Part shown: positions 26,524 through 33,750 of the stretch, one piece after another | How positions within the stretch are numbered: position 1 is the first letter of the stretch | Layout of the letters: each line of letters starts with the position of its first letter | Source: Bdellovibrionota bacterium | Lineage (GTDB): Bacteria; Bdellovibrionota_C; UBA2361; OMII01 | Direction of reading: 5' to 3' | NCBI GenBank assembly: GCA_044351885.1 | Contig: JBILEW010000008.1 | Coordinates: forward strand, 2,519 to 66,518 | DNA length: 64,000 nucleotides | Translations under genes and position numbers: made by a program | The notes under the pieces: model-generated | Databases searched by the model: none | What the model saw: the letters and a program-made list of their open reading frames with translations, nothing else | What the model was told of the DNA's origin: nothing

Positions 26524-27387
26524 ATGATTCAGATCGTGTACAACGGGGCACTGCAGATGACCAACTTCCACGACCAGCAAGCTCCCGTTCCCGATAGAGA
26601 TCCGAACGCGGGTGGTCCGTGGCCATCAGCCTTCGACGGACTCGCCGTTCCGTGGAGCCGATCGGATAACGCCTATCGGATGACGCGGGGCGTGTACATG
26701 ATGCGTTGTGCTCGGAACGGTATGCCTGGCTGGCTCGAATCACAGCCCTTGCGCTTCGAGCCCGAAGATATCGAAGCCCTGAAAAATCTCGGTGCACGGT
26801 ATGCGGATGATGTGAGAGTGCAGATCGGGGAATCAGAAGGGGTCTCAGAGCTCCGCAAGTACTCGATACGAACGCTACATCCAACCGTTTTTCATGCGAA
26901 TGAAGTTCGCTGCCGAAGTGTATACGCAGAGATCCTCGACCACGAGCTCAGGCCTGTGGTGGTGAGTGGAAGAAGCATAGAGTATCTGCCGCGCGGCGCA
27001 GCCGTCGGGGCATTGGTGTATTCGTGGAGCGACGATTCGGAGAGTTATGCTGTTCGCTCTATCGTGTCCAAACTTGCCTTCGATGAGCTGGCAGACCGGG
27101 CGAGTAGGTTGTCGCTGGAGAGTGTGCGCAGCAATCCGCATACCTCGGTGCTCCTGGGGCTTGTGTTCGAGAACCTCAATATCGATTCAGTGCGCAGCCC
27201 AGATGAGAGATCAATAACGGCGAGCGACATCACGCACTTCGAGGCGAAGCGAACGGAGAGGGGTGCCGAATTCCGTCTTTCGGTGCCTCAGTGCAGAGTC
27301 ATCGCCTCAAGTCGGCTCGATCTCGAGCGATTAGAGCCGCTCACCGTCGTGTACCGAGAGTTCGTAGGGAAGCGAGGCAAAAGCTGA
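26524..27387 (+). CDS. Hypothetical protein (last 6 codons and stop supplied by a family A element)
   Basis: 287-aa ORF with no recognisable motif. The 3' end ...REFV-GKRGKS* reads into the left TIR, which begins at 27367. Confidence 0.5.
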   Translation: MIQIVYNGALQMTNFHDQQAPVPDRDPNAGGPWPSAFDGLAVPWSRSDNAYRMTRGVYMMRCARNGMPGWLESQPLRFEPEDIEALKNLGARYADDVRVQIGESEGVSELRKYSIRTLHPTVFHANEVRCRSVYAEILDHELRPVVVSGRSIEYLPRGAAVGALVYSWSDDSESYAVRSIVSKLAFDELADRASRLSLESVRSNPHTSVLLGLVFENLNIDSVRSPDERSITASDITHFEAKRTERGAEFRLSVPQCRVIASSRLDLERLEPLTVVYREFVGKRGKS

Positions 27388-27543
27388 GACTCTACCACGT
27401 AAACGTGCTCGTGCACCTGAACGTAAACGTACCCGGAACAAAAACATCAAGATGTTCGGGCACGTGCACGTTTACGAGCACGAGCACGTTCACGTGGCAT
27501 GCTCGAAAGTGCGACCTCAGGTAAGTTTTGCCTCGCTTCCCTA
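27365..27543 (+). mobile_element. Family A element, full copy (175 bp plus TA on each side)
   Basis: Structure is TA-GGGAAGCGAGGCAAAAG...TTTTGCCTCGCTTCCC-TA. The internal hairpin has left arm CCACGTAAACGTGCTCGTGCACCTGAACGTAAACGTACCCGGAAC and right arm GTTCGGGCACGTGCACGTTTACGAGCACGAGCACGTTCACGTGG. It is wedged between the convergent 26524..27387 ORF and dtd. Confidence 0.85.
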
Positions 27544-27553
27544 GACACTTGAT

Positions 27554-27994
27554 CTACTGCTCCAGGGTAATCGTTACCGGTCCGTCATTGACCAACTCCA
27601 CCTGCATCATCGCTCCGAAACGACCGGCAGCTACCTTTGATGGTGTGGTATTTCGTAGCGTCTCAAGGAACTCCTCGAAGAGTGTCTGAGCAGATGCGGG
27701 ATCGAGCGCGCCGAAGAACTCTGGACGCCTTCCCTTCGACGTGTCGGCGTACAGGGTGAACTGCGAGACAGCGAGCACCTCACCCTTGATATCGAGGAGG
27801 GATCGGTCGAAGCGTCCCTGCTCGTTAGGAAAGATGCGCATGTTGAGGATCTTGTCGACGACAGCGGGAATACTTTGAGAGGTGTCCCCTTTACCGAAGC
27901 CAACCAAAAGCAACAGGCCAGTCGATATCTCTCCAACTATCTCGGAATCGACCGTGACCTTTGCTCTCTGGACCCTCTGTATGACTACTTTCAT
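27554..27994 (-). CDS. dtd: D-aminoacyl-tRNA deacylase
   Basis: MKVVIQRVQRAKVTVDSEIVGEISTGLLLLVGFGKGD...SQFTLYADTSKGRRPEF...NDGPVTITL. The ORF-track N-terminal extension begins at a TTG inside a degenerate family A TIR and is rejected. Confidence 0.9.
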   Translation of the reverse strand: MKVVIQRVQRAKVTVDSEIVGEISTGLLLLVGFGKGDTSQSIPAVVDKILNMRIFPNEQGRFDRSLLDIKGEVLAVSQFTLYADTSKGRRPEFFGALDPASAQTLFEEFLETLRNTTPSKVAAGRFGAMMQVELVNDGPVTITLEQ

Positions 27995-28023
27995 GTGGGG
28001 AGGGTAGCCTATCTTGGGGAAGG

Positions 28024-28275
28024 GAGGCAAAGCCTTCTAGCGCGCTGATTTTCGGACTTACTACGTAAACAGGCGCGAAAAATTAATTGGGTCTTCGCGG
28101 AATCGAGTGGGTACGAGTAGGTGGTATGCTAACGTGAACGTGCTCGTGCACCTGAACGTAAACGTACCCGAAACAGAAACCTCAAGATGTTCGGGTACGT
28201 TCACGTTCACGTTTACGTGCACGTGCACGTAAACGTGGAAAGACGCGATTTATAGGTTGAAACGAGGGCTTATGT
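28024..28275 (+). mobile_element. Family A element, disrupted or decayed copy
   Basis: A degenerate left TIR GGGGAAGGGAGGCAAAGCC (28024-28042) is followed by ~90 nt of unrelated sequence. An intact hairpin core follows at 28136-28246 (GCTAACGTGAACGTGCTCGTGCACCTGAACGTAAACGTACCCGAAAC...GTTCGGGTACGTTCACGTTCACGTTTACGTGCACGTGCACGTAAACGTGG), then a degenerate right end. Confidence 0.7.
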
Positions 28276-28315
28276 TATCTCTATCCTCGTTAGCACCGAC
28301 TCGATTCGACGATGA

Positions 28316-28378
28316 GACCAAAAAACTCAAGATGTTCGGGCACGTGTACGCTTACGAGCACGTTCACGTGTGTAACGA
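28316..28378 (+). mobile_element. Family A element fragment (subterminal GATGAGACCA, loop and right arm)
   Basis: GATGAGACCAAAAAACTCAAGATGTTCGGGCACGTGTACGCTTACGAGCACGTTCACGTG. Confidence 0.7.
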
Positions 28379-28522
28379 GGGGTCTGCCCTGGTGTCTTAA
28401 AGGAAGCCGATAAGCACCCAATAATGTGTCTTTTTGCGGGGTTGCTTGTGTACACAGCTGGCATTCACTACCATAGGAGAGATGGTCTGCGGCGGGTTCG
28501 CTCGCCTCGATGATTGCACGCT

Positions 28523-30007
28523 ATGCTTAAACAGAATTGGCGACTGATATCACGTCTCGAGCGTCTCGGTGATAACCTCATCATCGTTGCAGCTTTCTTC
28601 GCCGCGTATTACGGACGCACGCTCCTCCTCAAGGCCAACGCAGATCTCGACCTCGGACTCCCCTTCGAGGGAGCGCAGCTTGCACCGATCAAGGATTACG
28701 TGATGGTTTTGGTAGCCTCAGTATTGGGCTACGGGGTGACCCTCAACTTATTGGGGGCGTACGGCAGTATGCGACTGAGTTCTGTATGGCGACTCATCCG
28801 TGTCGCAATACTGAGTAGCGTAGTTGTCTTTGTGCTTCTCGCAGCGACCCTGTTTCTTCTCAAGATCGATATAAGTCGTTCGTTCATCGCCCTGTTCGTC
28901 ATGATGTGTGCGGTAGGGATCTCGATAGAGCGATACGCGGTGCTCAAGTTCCTGCGTTATTGGCGCAGACACGGAAGAAATTTTCGTAACGTAATCATCT
29001 GCGGGGTAGGAGAGCAGGCTGTGAAGCTCGCGCTCGAGATATCATCCCGACCAGAGCTCGGAATCCACATACGTAGCTTTGCAGATCTTGGTTGTGTCGA
29101 TGCGCGCCAAGAGCAGAGCATTCAGCAATTCAGGGAAGATCTGCAGGGAGTCGCTCGCGTGGGTCGTGTCATTCTTGGTGTCGACGCTCTGTGTGCCGCA
29201 CTGGAAGATTACGCCATCGACGAAGTGATCTTCACAGACGTCGTAGATGTCATGCCGCAGGTGGAAGAGATGGTGCTGGTGTGCGCAGAGCAGGGTGTTC
29301 GCACAACGATCGCCGCGGATCTATTCAGCATCGGGCTGATTAAGTCCGGGATCAGCTACTTCGGCGGGATGCCGTTGATTCATTTCCAGACACCACCGGG
29401 CGATACCTGGGAATTGGTTTTCAAGCGCTTTATCGATGTAACGGTCAGTGGAGCGCTACTCATCGTGTTGTCGCCGCTCTTTGTCCTTCTTGCATTGGGA
29501 GTCAAGACGACGGCTGGTCCTGTTATCTTTCGTCAGACCAGGGTAGGGCTCAACGGCCGCCTTTTCGACATACTCAAGTTTCGCTCGATGGTAGATGGTG
29601 CCGAGATGGCATTGGGCGATCTCAAGAGCGTGAACGAGATGCGTGGGCCGGCCTTCAAGCTCAAGAACGACCCGCGCATCACGGCGTTCGGGCGATTCTT
29701 GAGGCGCTTCAGCTTGGATGAGCTGCCGCAGTTGTGGAACGTGTTCGTGGGAGACATGAGCTTGGTAGGCCCGCGCCCGCCTATTCCGGGTGAAGTGAGT
29801 TTATACGAACGCCGCTCGCGACGACGGCTCTCGATGCGCCCGGGGCTCACCTGCACATGGCAGGTGAGTGGAAGGAACAACATCTCCGATTTCGATACCT
29901 GGGTGAAGCTGGATCTTGATTACATCGACAATTGGTCGTTGTCGGGGGATCTGATGCTGCTTGTGCGGACGATTCCGGCGGTGCTGTTTGGGACGGGGGC
30001 TCGCTAG
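28523..30007 (+). CDS. Exopolysaccharide/O-antigen initiating polyprenyl-phosphate sugar phosphotransferase (WbaP/EpsB-type bacterial sugar transferase)
   Basis: N-terminal TM helices, a CoA-binding-like linker, and C-terminal RQTRVGLNGRLFDILKFRSM...FSLDELPQLWNVFVGDMSLVGPRPP...RPGLTCTWQVSGRN. The ORF track starts at a TTG at 28514; the ATG at 28523 is preferred. Confidence 0.9.
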   Translation: MLKQNWRLISRLERLGDNLIIVAAFFAAYYGRTLLLKANADLDLGLPFEGAQLAPIKDYVMVLVASVLGYGVTLNLLGAYGSMRLSSVWRLIRVAILSSVVVFVLLAATLFLLKIDISRSFIALFVMMCAVGISIERYAVLKFLRYWRRHGRNFRNVIICGVGEQAVKLALEISSRPELGIHIRSFADLGCVDARQEQSIQQFREDLQGVARVGRVILGVDALCAALEDYAIDEVIFTDVVDVMPQVEEMVLVCAEQGVRTTIAADLFSIGLIKSGISYFGGMPLIHFQTPPGDTWELVFKRFIDVTVSGALLIVLSPLFVLLALGVKTTAGPVIFRQTRVGLNGRLFDILKFRSMVDGAEMALGDLKSVNEMRGPAFKLKNDPRITAFGRFLRRFSLDELPQLWNVFVGDMSLVGPRPPIPGEVSLYERRSRRRLSMRPGLTCTWQVSGRNNISDFDTWVKLDLDYIDNWSLSGDLMLLVRTIPAVLFGTGAR

Positions 30008-30055
30008 GCAAGCAGAGTAGCCTCTTTTCGGAGTAGTTCGGTGGATGTGATTTAC

Positions 30056-30075
30056 GGACGGCGTGGCCGCCGTCC
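30056..30075 (+). repeat. Family C short hairpin GGACGGCG-tggc-CGCCGTCC
   Basis: 8-bp perfect stem followed by CTCCT, just after the sugar-transferase stop. Confidence 0.8.
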
Positions 30076-30150
30076 CTCCTGAATTGTCCGCAAAGGTATT
30101 GATAGCGAAAGCAGTTGAATCCTCTCTCATGCAACCGCCGAGCCTAGGAG

Positions 30151-30170
30151 GGATGGCGTCCTCGCCGTCC
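30151..30170 (-). repeat. Family C short hairpin, inverted copy (GGACGGCG-agga-CGCCATCC on the minus strand)
   Basis: The plus strand reads CCTAGGAGGGATGGCGtcctCGCCGTCC. It sits 9 nt from the alaS stop. Confidence 0.8.
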
Positions 30171-30178
30171 GCTGCAGT

Positions 30179-31978
30179 TTAGCTCAGCGAAGCATAAATA
30201 CGCCGCACCCCAGCGCTCGATGCCTCTTCACGCTTGATGGTGAACTTACCGAGCACACTGGTGCGCTCAACGTGCGGGCCTCCGCAGATCTCCTTGGAGT
30301 AGTCGCCGATCTCGTACACCTTTACCTTTTCAGGATAGCGCTCTCCGAAGAAGGCCAGGGCCCCTTCGTTGATAGCATCGTCGTAGGTAGTCAGCCGAAA
30401 CGAGATCGCAAGGTCACGTTGGATCTGCTCGTTGACCATCCGCTCGACCTGCGCGAGCTCCTCAGGTGTAACCTTCTGAGCATGAGAGAAGTCGAAGCGT
30501 AGGCGTTCGTTGGTGATATTGCTACCCTTCTGTTGAACGTGTGTTCCGAGCACTGTTCGCAGCGCTTGGTGCAGGAGGTGGGTTGCTGTGTGCAGCTTGA
30601 CTACCGCCTCTCCGTGGTCTGCAAGACCACCCTTGAACATGCCTTTGGCCGAGGTGCGCGAGAGATCCTGATGACGCTTGAACTCTGCTTCGAACTCGGT
30701 GCGGTCTACCTGCTGGCCGCGCTCTCGAGCGATCTCCTCGCTCATCTCCCACGGAAAGCCGTAGGTTTCGAACAATTTGAACGCGAGCGCTCCGGTCAGG
30801 TTCGGGATCTTCTCGATCTCCTTGAGTCCCTTGCCCAACATCGCGTTGAACTTGTTCTCCTCTTGCGTGAGGGCAGCGAGGATCTCGGCGCGACGCTCAG
30901 GGGTGAGGGGATATGCATCGGCGTAGGAATCGAGAACCGAGGCTCCTATCTCGGCGATGAATCCTGAGGAGAGGTTCATGATGCGCCCAAATCGGATCGC
31001 TCGACGGATCAGGCGTCGTACGACGTAGCCTTGCTGTTTGTTAGACGGCATAGCGCCATCGGACATCAGCATCGTGGCCGCACGACCGTGATCGCAGATA
31101 ATTCGCATACAGCGAGTGGTCTCTGCGTCCTGTCCGTACCTCCGTCCGCACTTTGATTCCAACAGCTCGATCAAGGGGCGGAAGATGTCTATCTTGAATA
31201 CATCGGACTCGTTCTGCGTCGCGGCTACGATACGCTCGAGGCCTCCGCCGAAATCGACGTTACGCTGCGAGAGCTCGCTCAAGGAGCCGTCTTCTTCCTT
31301 CTTGTACTGCATGAAAACCGAGTTGCCTATCTCGACGAATCGGCCGCAATCGCAGTTGGGGTGACAGGTGTCTCCGAAGGCCGGGTCGTGTTGGATCTGC
31401 GGGAACTCGAAGAATATCTCACTGTCCGGACCGCCGGGCTCTCCCGCAGGCATCTTTTCAGGCTCTCCGGCGCGAGACCACCAATTCTTTCGAGCCGGAT
31501 AGGCGAAGATCCTTTCACCTTCCTTGGCATCGATGCCGACAGTCTTGTAGATCTCTTTCCACAGCTCGATAGCTTCGTTGTCCTTGGGTATCGAACCCTG
31601 TCCTTCGAATACCGATACGTACAGACGCTTGGGGTCCAATCCCGCTTCCTTGGTCATGAACTCGAACATCCACGGAAGCTGCTCCTTCTTGAAGTAATCG
31701 CCGAGCGACCAGTTTCCGAGCATCTCGAAAAAGGTGGTGTGCCGATTGTCACCGACCTCCTCGATGTCCTGAGCGCGGAAGGACTTCTGGCTGTTGACGA
31801 GACGGGTGCCCTCTGGATGAACCTGACCCAGCAGGTACGGTACCAGGGGTTGCATACCCGAGGAGGTGAAGAGGGTCGTCGGATCATTGTCGGGAACGAG
31901 CGAGACCGAGGGGATGACGGCGTGTCCACGCGCTTTGAAAAATTCGATGAAGCGGCGCCGAAGTTCAGAGGTTTTCAT
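30179..31978 (-). CDS. alaS: Alanine--tRNA ligase, short form (catalytic, tRNA-recognition and editing domains; no C-Ala domain)
   Basis: 599 aa with MKTSELRRRFIEFFKARGHAVIPSVSLVPDNDPTTLFTSSGMQPLVPYLLG and FGGGLERIV. Editing motifs HTATHLLHQALRTVLG and CGGPHV are present. The protein ends ~25 aa after CGGPHV. Confidence 0.93.
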   Translation of the reverse strand: MKTSELRRRFIEFFKARGHAVIPSVSLVPDNDPTTLFTSSGMQPLVPYLLGQVHPEGTRLVNSQKSFRAQDIEEVGDNRHTTFFEMLGNWSLGDYFKKEQLPWMFEFMTKEAGLDPKRLYVSVFEGQGSIPKDNEAIELWKEIYKTVGIDAKEGERIFAYPARKNWWSRAGEPEKMPAGEPGGPDSEIFFEFPQIQHDPAFGDTCHPNCDCGRFVEIGNSVFMQYKKEEDGSLSELSQRNVDFGGGLERIVAATQNESDVFKIDIFRPLIELLESKCGRRYGQDAETTRCMRIICDHGRAATMLMSDGAMPSNKQQGYVVRRLIRRAIRFGRIMNLSSGFIAEIGASVLDSYADAYPLTPERRAEILAALTQEENKFNAMLGKGLKEIEKIPNLTGALAFKLFETYGFPWEMSEEIARERGQQVDRTEFEAEFKRHQDLSRTSAKGMFKGGLADHGEAVVKLHTATHLLHQALRTVLGTHVQQKGSNITNERLRFDFSHAQKVTPEELAQVERMVNEQIQRDLAISFRLTTYDDAINEGALAFFGERYPEKVKVYEIGDYSKEICGGPHVERTSVLGKFTIKREEASSAGVRRIYASLS

Positions 31979-32120
31979 ACACTATGACCGTATTTTGTCT
32001 GTTGTTTCGAGAGGCAGTGTAGCAGACCTTGGTGGGGGCTTAAAGTGTTCGGTTTTTGGGGATAATTCTCAGAAGAGGGGGCAAAACCGAGCCTTCGGCG
32101 GTAGGAGGCCGATAGTACTT

Positions 32121-32196
32121 GGACCGCGGACTTTCTAGTCCGCTTGCTGCTGGGATCGTGGTGCTGATGGCAAGCGGAGCGGAAGCTCCGCGGTCC
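32121..32196 (+). repeat. Family B 76-nt palindromic unit, copy 5
   Basis: GGACCGCGGACTTTCTAGTCCGCTTGCTGCTGGGATCGTGGTGCTGATGGCAAGCGGAGCGGAAGCTCCGCGGTCC. Confidence 0.9.
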
Positions 32197-32216
32197 GGAG
32201 GGATAGTTCGCAAACT

Positions 32217-32292
32217 GGACCGCGGACTTTCTAGTCCGCTTCCTGCAGGGATCGTGGTGCTGATGGTAGGCGGAGCGGAAGCTCCGCGGTCC
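32217..32292 (+). repeat. Family B 76-nt palindromic unit, copy 6 (tandem, 20-nt spacer)
   Basis: GGACCGCGGACTTTCTAGTCCGCTTCCTGCAGGGATCGTGGTGCTGATGGTAGGCGGAGCGGAAGCTCCGCGGTCC. Confidence 0.9.
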
Positions 32293-32374
32293 AGGTTCCT
32301 TACCCCTTGTACCTAGCGCGTTGTTACTGTAGTTGAGGGGAACCGCAGTGTGCGCAGTAGTAAGGAGTTCGTGC

Positions 32375-33730
32375 GTGGGCCCAGAGGACGTGGAGCAGAT
32401 CTTAGGCAAGGTACGGGTCGCCCTCGAGAGCGGCCGTATCGATGATGCCATCCAAGCACTCACGACTCTGCACCCGGTAGACCAGGCCGAGGCGTTCCTC
32501 GATCTCGACGAGCCGACGCAGAAAGAGCTCCTGACCAAGCTCGACACTCAGGCACGTGCAGAGATTCTTGAAGAGATGCCGGAAGAGGACGCCGCCGAAA
32601 TTGCGTCGGAGCTTCCACCTCAAGAATTGGCCGAAGTCCTCGATGAGATGAACCCGGAAGTGGCGGCTGATATCCTCTCGGGCCTGAGTGACGAACAGGC
32701 GGCTTCAACCCTCGAGCGCATGGAAGAGGCGCTCGAAGTAAAACCCCTCCTGGAGTACCGCGAGGACACAGCGGGCGGCCTGATGAGCCCCGAATTCATC
32801 GCTCTCGAGGGGAGCATGACGGCCGAGCAGGTGATCGCTTTCCTGCGCGCGGAGCATCCAGTGGAGGACATCCCCTACTATCTGTACGTAGTCGGTCCTT
32901 CCCGGGAGCTTCTAGGAGTGGTTCCCCTGCGAGAGCTAATAGCGGCTGCTCCTGAGACGCCTATCTCCAAGATCATGAAGAGTGACGTTCGGTCGGTTCC
33001 CGTAACCACCGACCAGGAGGAATTGGCACAGATCTCTAAACGCTACCGTCTGCTCTTGCTTCCTGTCGTAGATGATAGAGGAAGGTTGGTTGGTGTGGTC
33101 AAGAGCTCCGATCTCGTCGATGTTATCGAGGAGGAGGCCACGGAGGACATATTTCGACTCGGAGGCGTCAGCGATGGGCAGATCCAGGTGTGGAGCCCGG
33201 TATCGAAGAGTATCGGACGTAGACTACCGTGGTTGATGATAAACCTGGGCACCGCGTTCTTGGCGGCGTGGGTCGTGAACCTCTTCCACGACACCCTGGC
33301 AAAGTTAGCGGTATTAGCGGTTTTTCAAGGGATTATTGCTGGACAGGGTGGTAACGCAGGAACCCAAACACTGACCCTGATCGTGCGAGGCTTGGCTCTC
33401 GGCGAGATCGAGTTTCGCGACACCTTGCGCGCCTTGAGCCGAGAGCTCTTCATTGGGTTTATTCACGGTGTGGTGGTTGGAGCTGCCGTGGGCCTAGGTG
33501 CCTATGTATGGATGGATATGCCCTTCCTCGGAGTTATAGCGGCCGTATCAATGGTGGGAACGATGTTGGCGGCTGCCTGCGCTGGGACGCTGATCCCGTT
33601 GATGTTACGAGCCTGTCGTCTCGATCCAGCGCTCGCTTCTGGAGTGTTGGTGACGACCGTTACCGATTGCATCGGATTCGGATTGTTTCTCTACCTGGCC
33701 TCGATGTACATCGGGACCTTGGTGGGGTGA
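32375..33730 (+). CDS. mgtE: Magnesium transporter MgtE
   Basis: MgtE_N region (DAIQALTTLHPVDQAEAFLDLDEPTQKELL), a CBS pair, and a TM domain (GNAGTQTLTLIVRGLALGEI...DPALASGVLVTTVTDCIGF). The ORF track opens at a TTG at 32333. I prefer the GTG at 32375, preceded by AGGAG. Confidence 0.92.
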   Translation: MGPEDVEQILGKVRVALESGRIDDAIQALTTLHPVDQAEAFLDLDEPTQKELLTKLDTQARAEILEEMPEEDAAEIASELPPQELAEVLDEMNPEVAADILSGLSDEQAASTLERMEEALEVKPLLEYREDTAGGLMSPEFIALEGSMTAEQVIAFLRAEHPVEDIPYYLYVVGPSRELLGVVPLRELIAAAPETPISKIMKSDVRSVPVTTDQEELAQISKRYRLLLLPVVDDRGRLVGVVKSSDLVDVIEEEATEDIFRLGGVSDGQIQVWSPVSKSIGRRLPWLMINLGTAFLAAWVVNLFHDTLAKLAVLAVFQGIIAGQGGNAGTQTLTLIVRGLALGEIEFRDTLRALSRELFIGFIHGVVVGAAVGLGAYVWMDMPFLGVIAAVSMVGTMLAAACAGTLIPLMLRACRLDPALASGVLVTTVTDCIGFGLFLYLASMYIGTLVG

Positions 33731-33750
33731 TTTGACTGACGTTCCTTCGC

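Noticed and set aside
26081-27524. ORF-track entries that read through family A elements (26081..26515 minus, 27291..27524 plus, and also 61897..62178 plus), giving alternating-Val peptides such as HVNVLVHLNVNVPGTK
   Set aside because: The peptide-like periodicity is a by-product of the 6-nt DNA repeat. The ORFs lack RBS and ATG context, differ in frame and strand between copies, and end at arbitrary positions.
28028-28030. Upstream TTG start giving dtd a 12-aa N-terminal extension (MPPFPKIGYPPH)
   Set aside because: The extension is encoded by the degenerate family A TIR. Canonical Dtd proteins begin at the MKVVIQRV-type sequence, and the ATG at 27994 fits.
26373-28378. Possible CRISPR array (clustered repeated hairpins)
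   Set aside because: There are no short constant direct repeats separated by unique, similar-length spacers. The units are 175-bp TIR elements in mixed completeness, and no cas genes are present.
31979-32374. M-box (Mg2+) riboswitch in the mgtE leader
   Set aside because: The leader is almost entirely occupied by the two family B units. I could not recognise the M-box conserved core. A cmscan would be needed for certainty.
31975-32547. 190-aa minus-strand ORF and 65-aa plus-strand ORF (32119..32316) across the family B tandem pair, and the similar 11125..11310 ORF
   Set aside because: They are composed of repeat sequence. Other copies of the same element carry stop codons in the corresponding frames, so the repeat is not coding.
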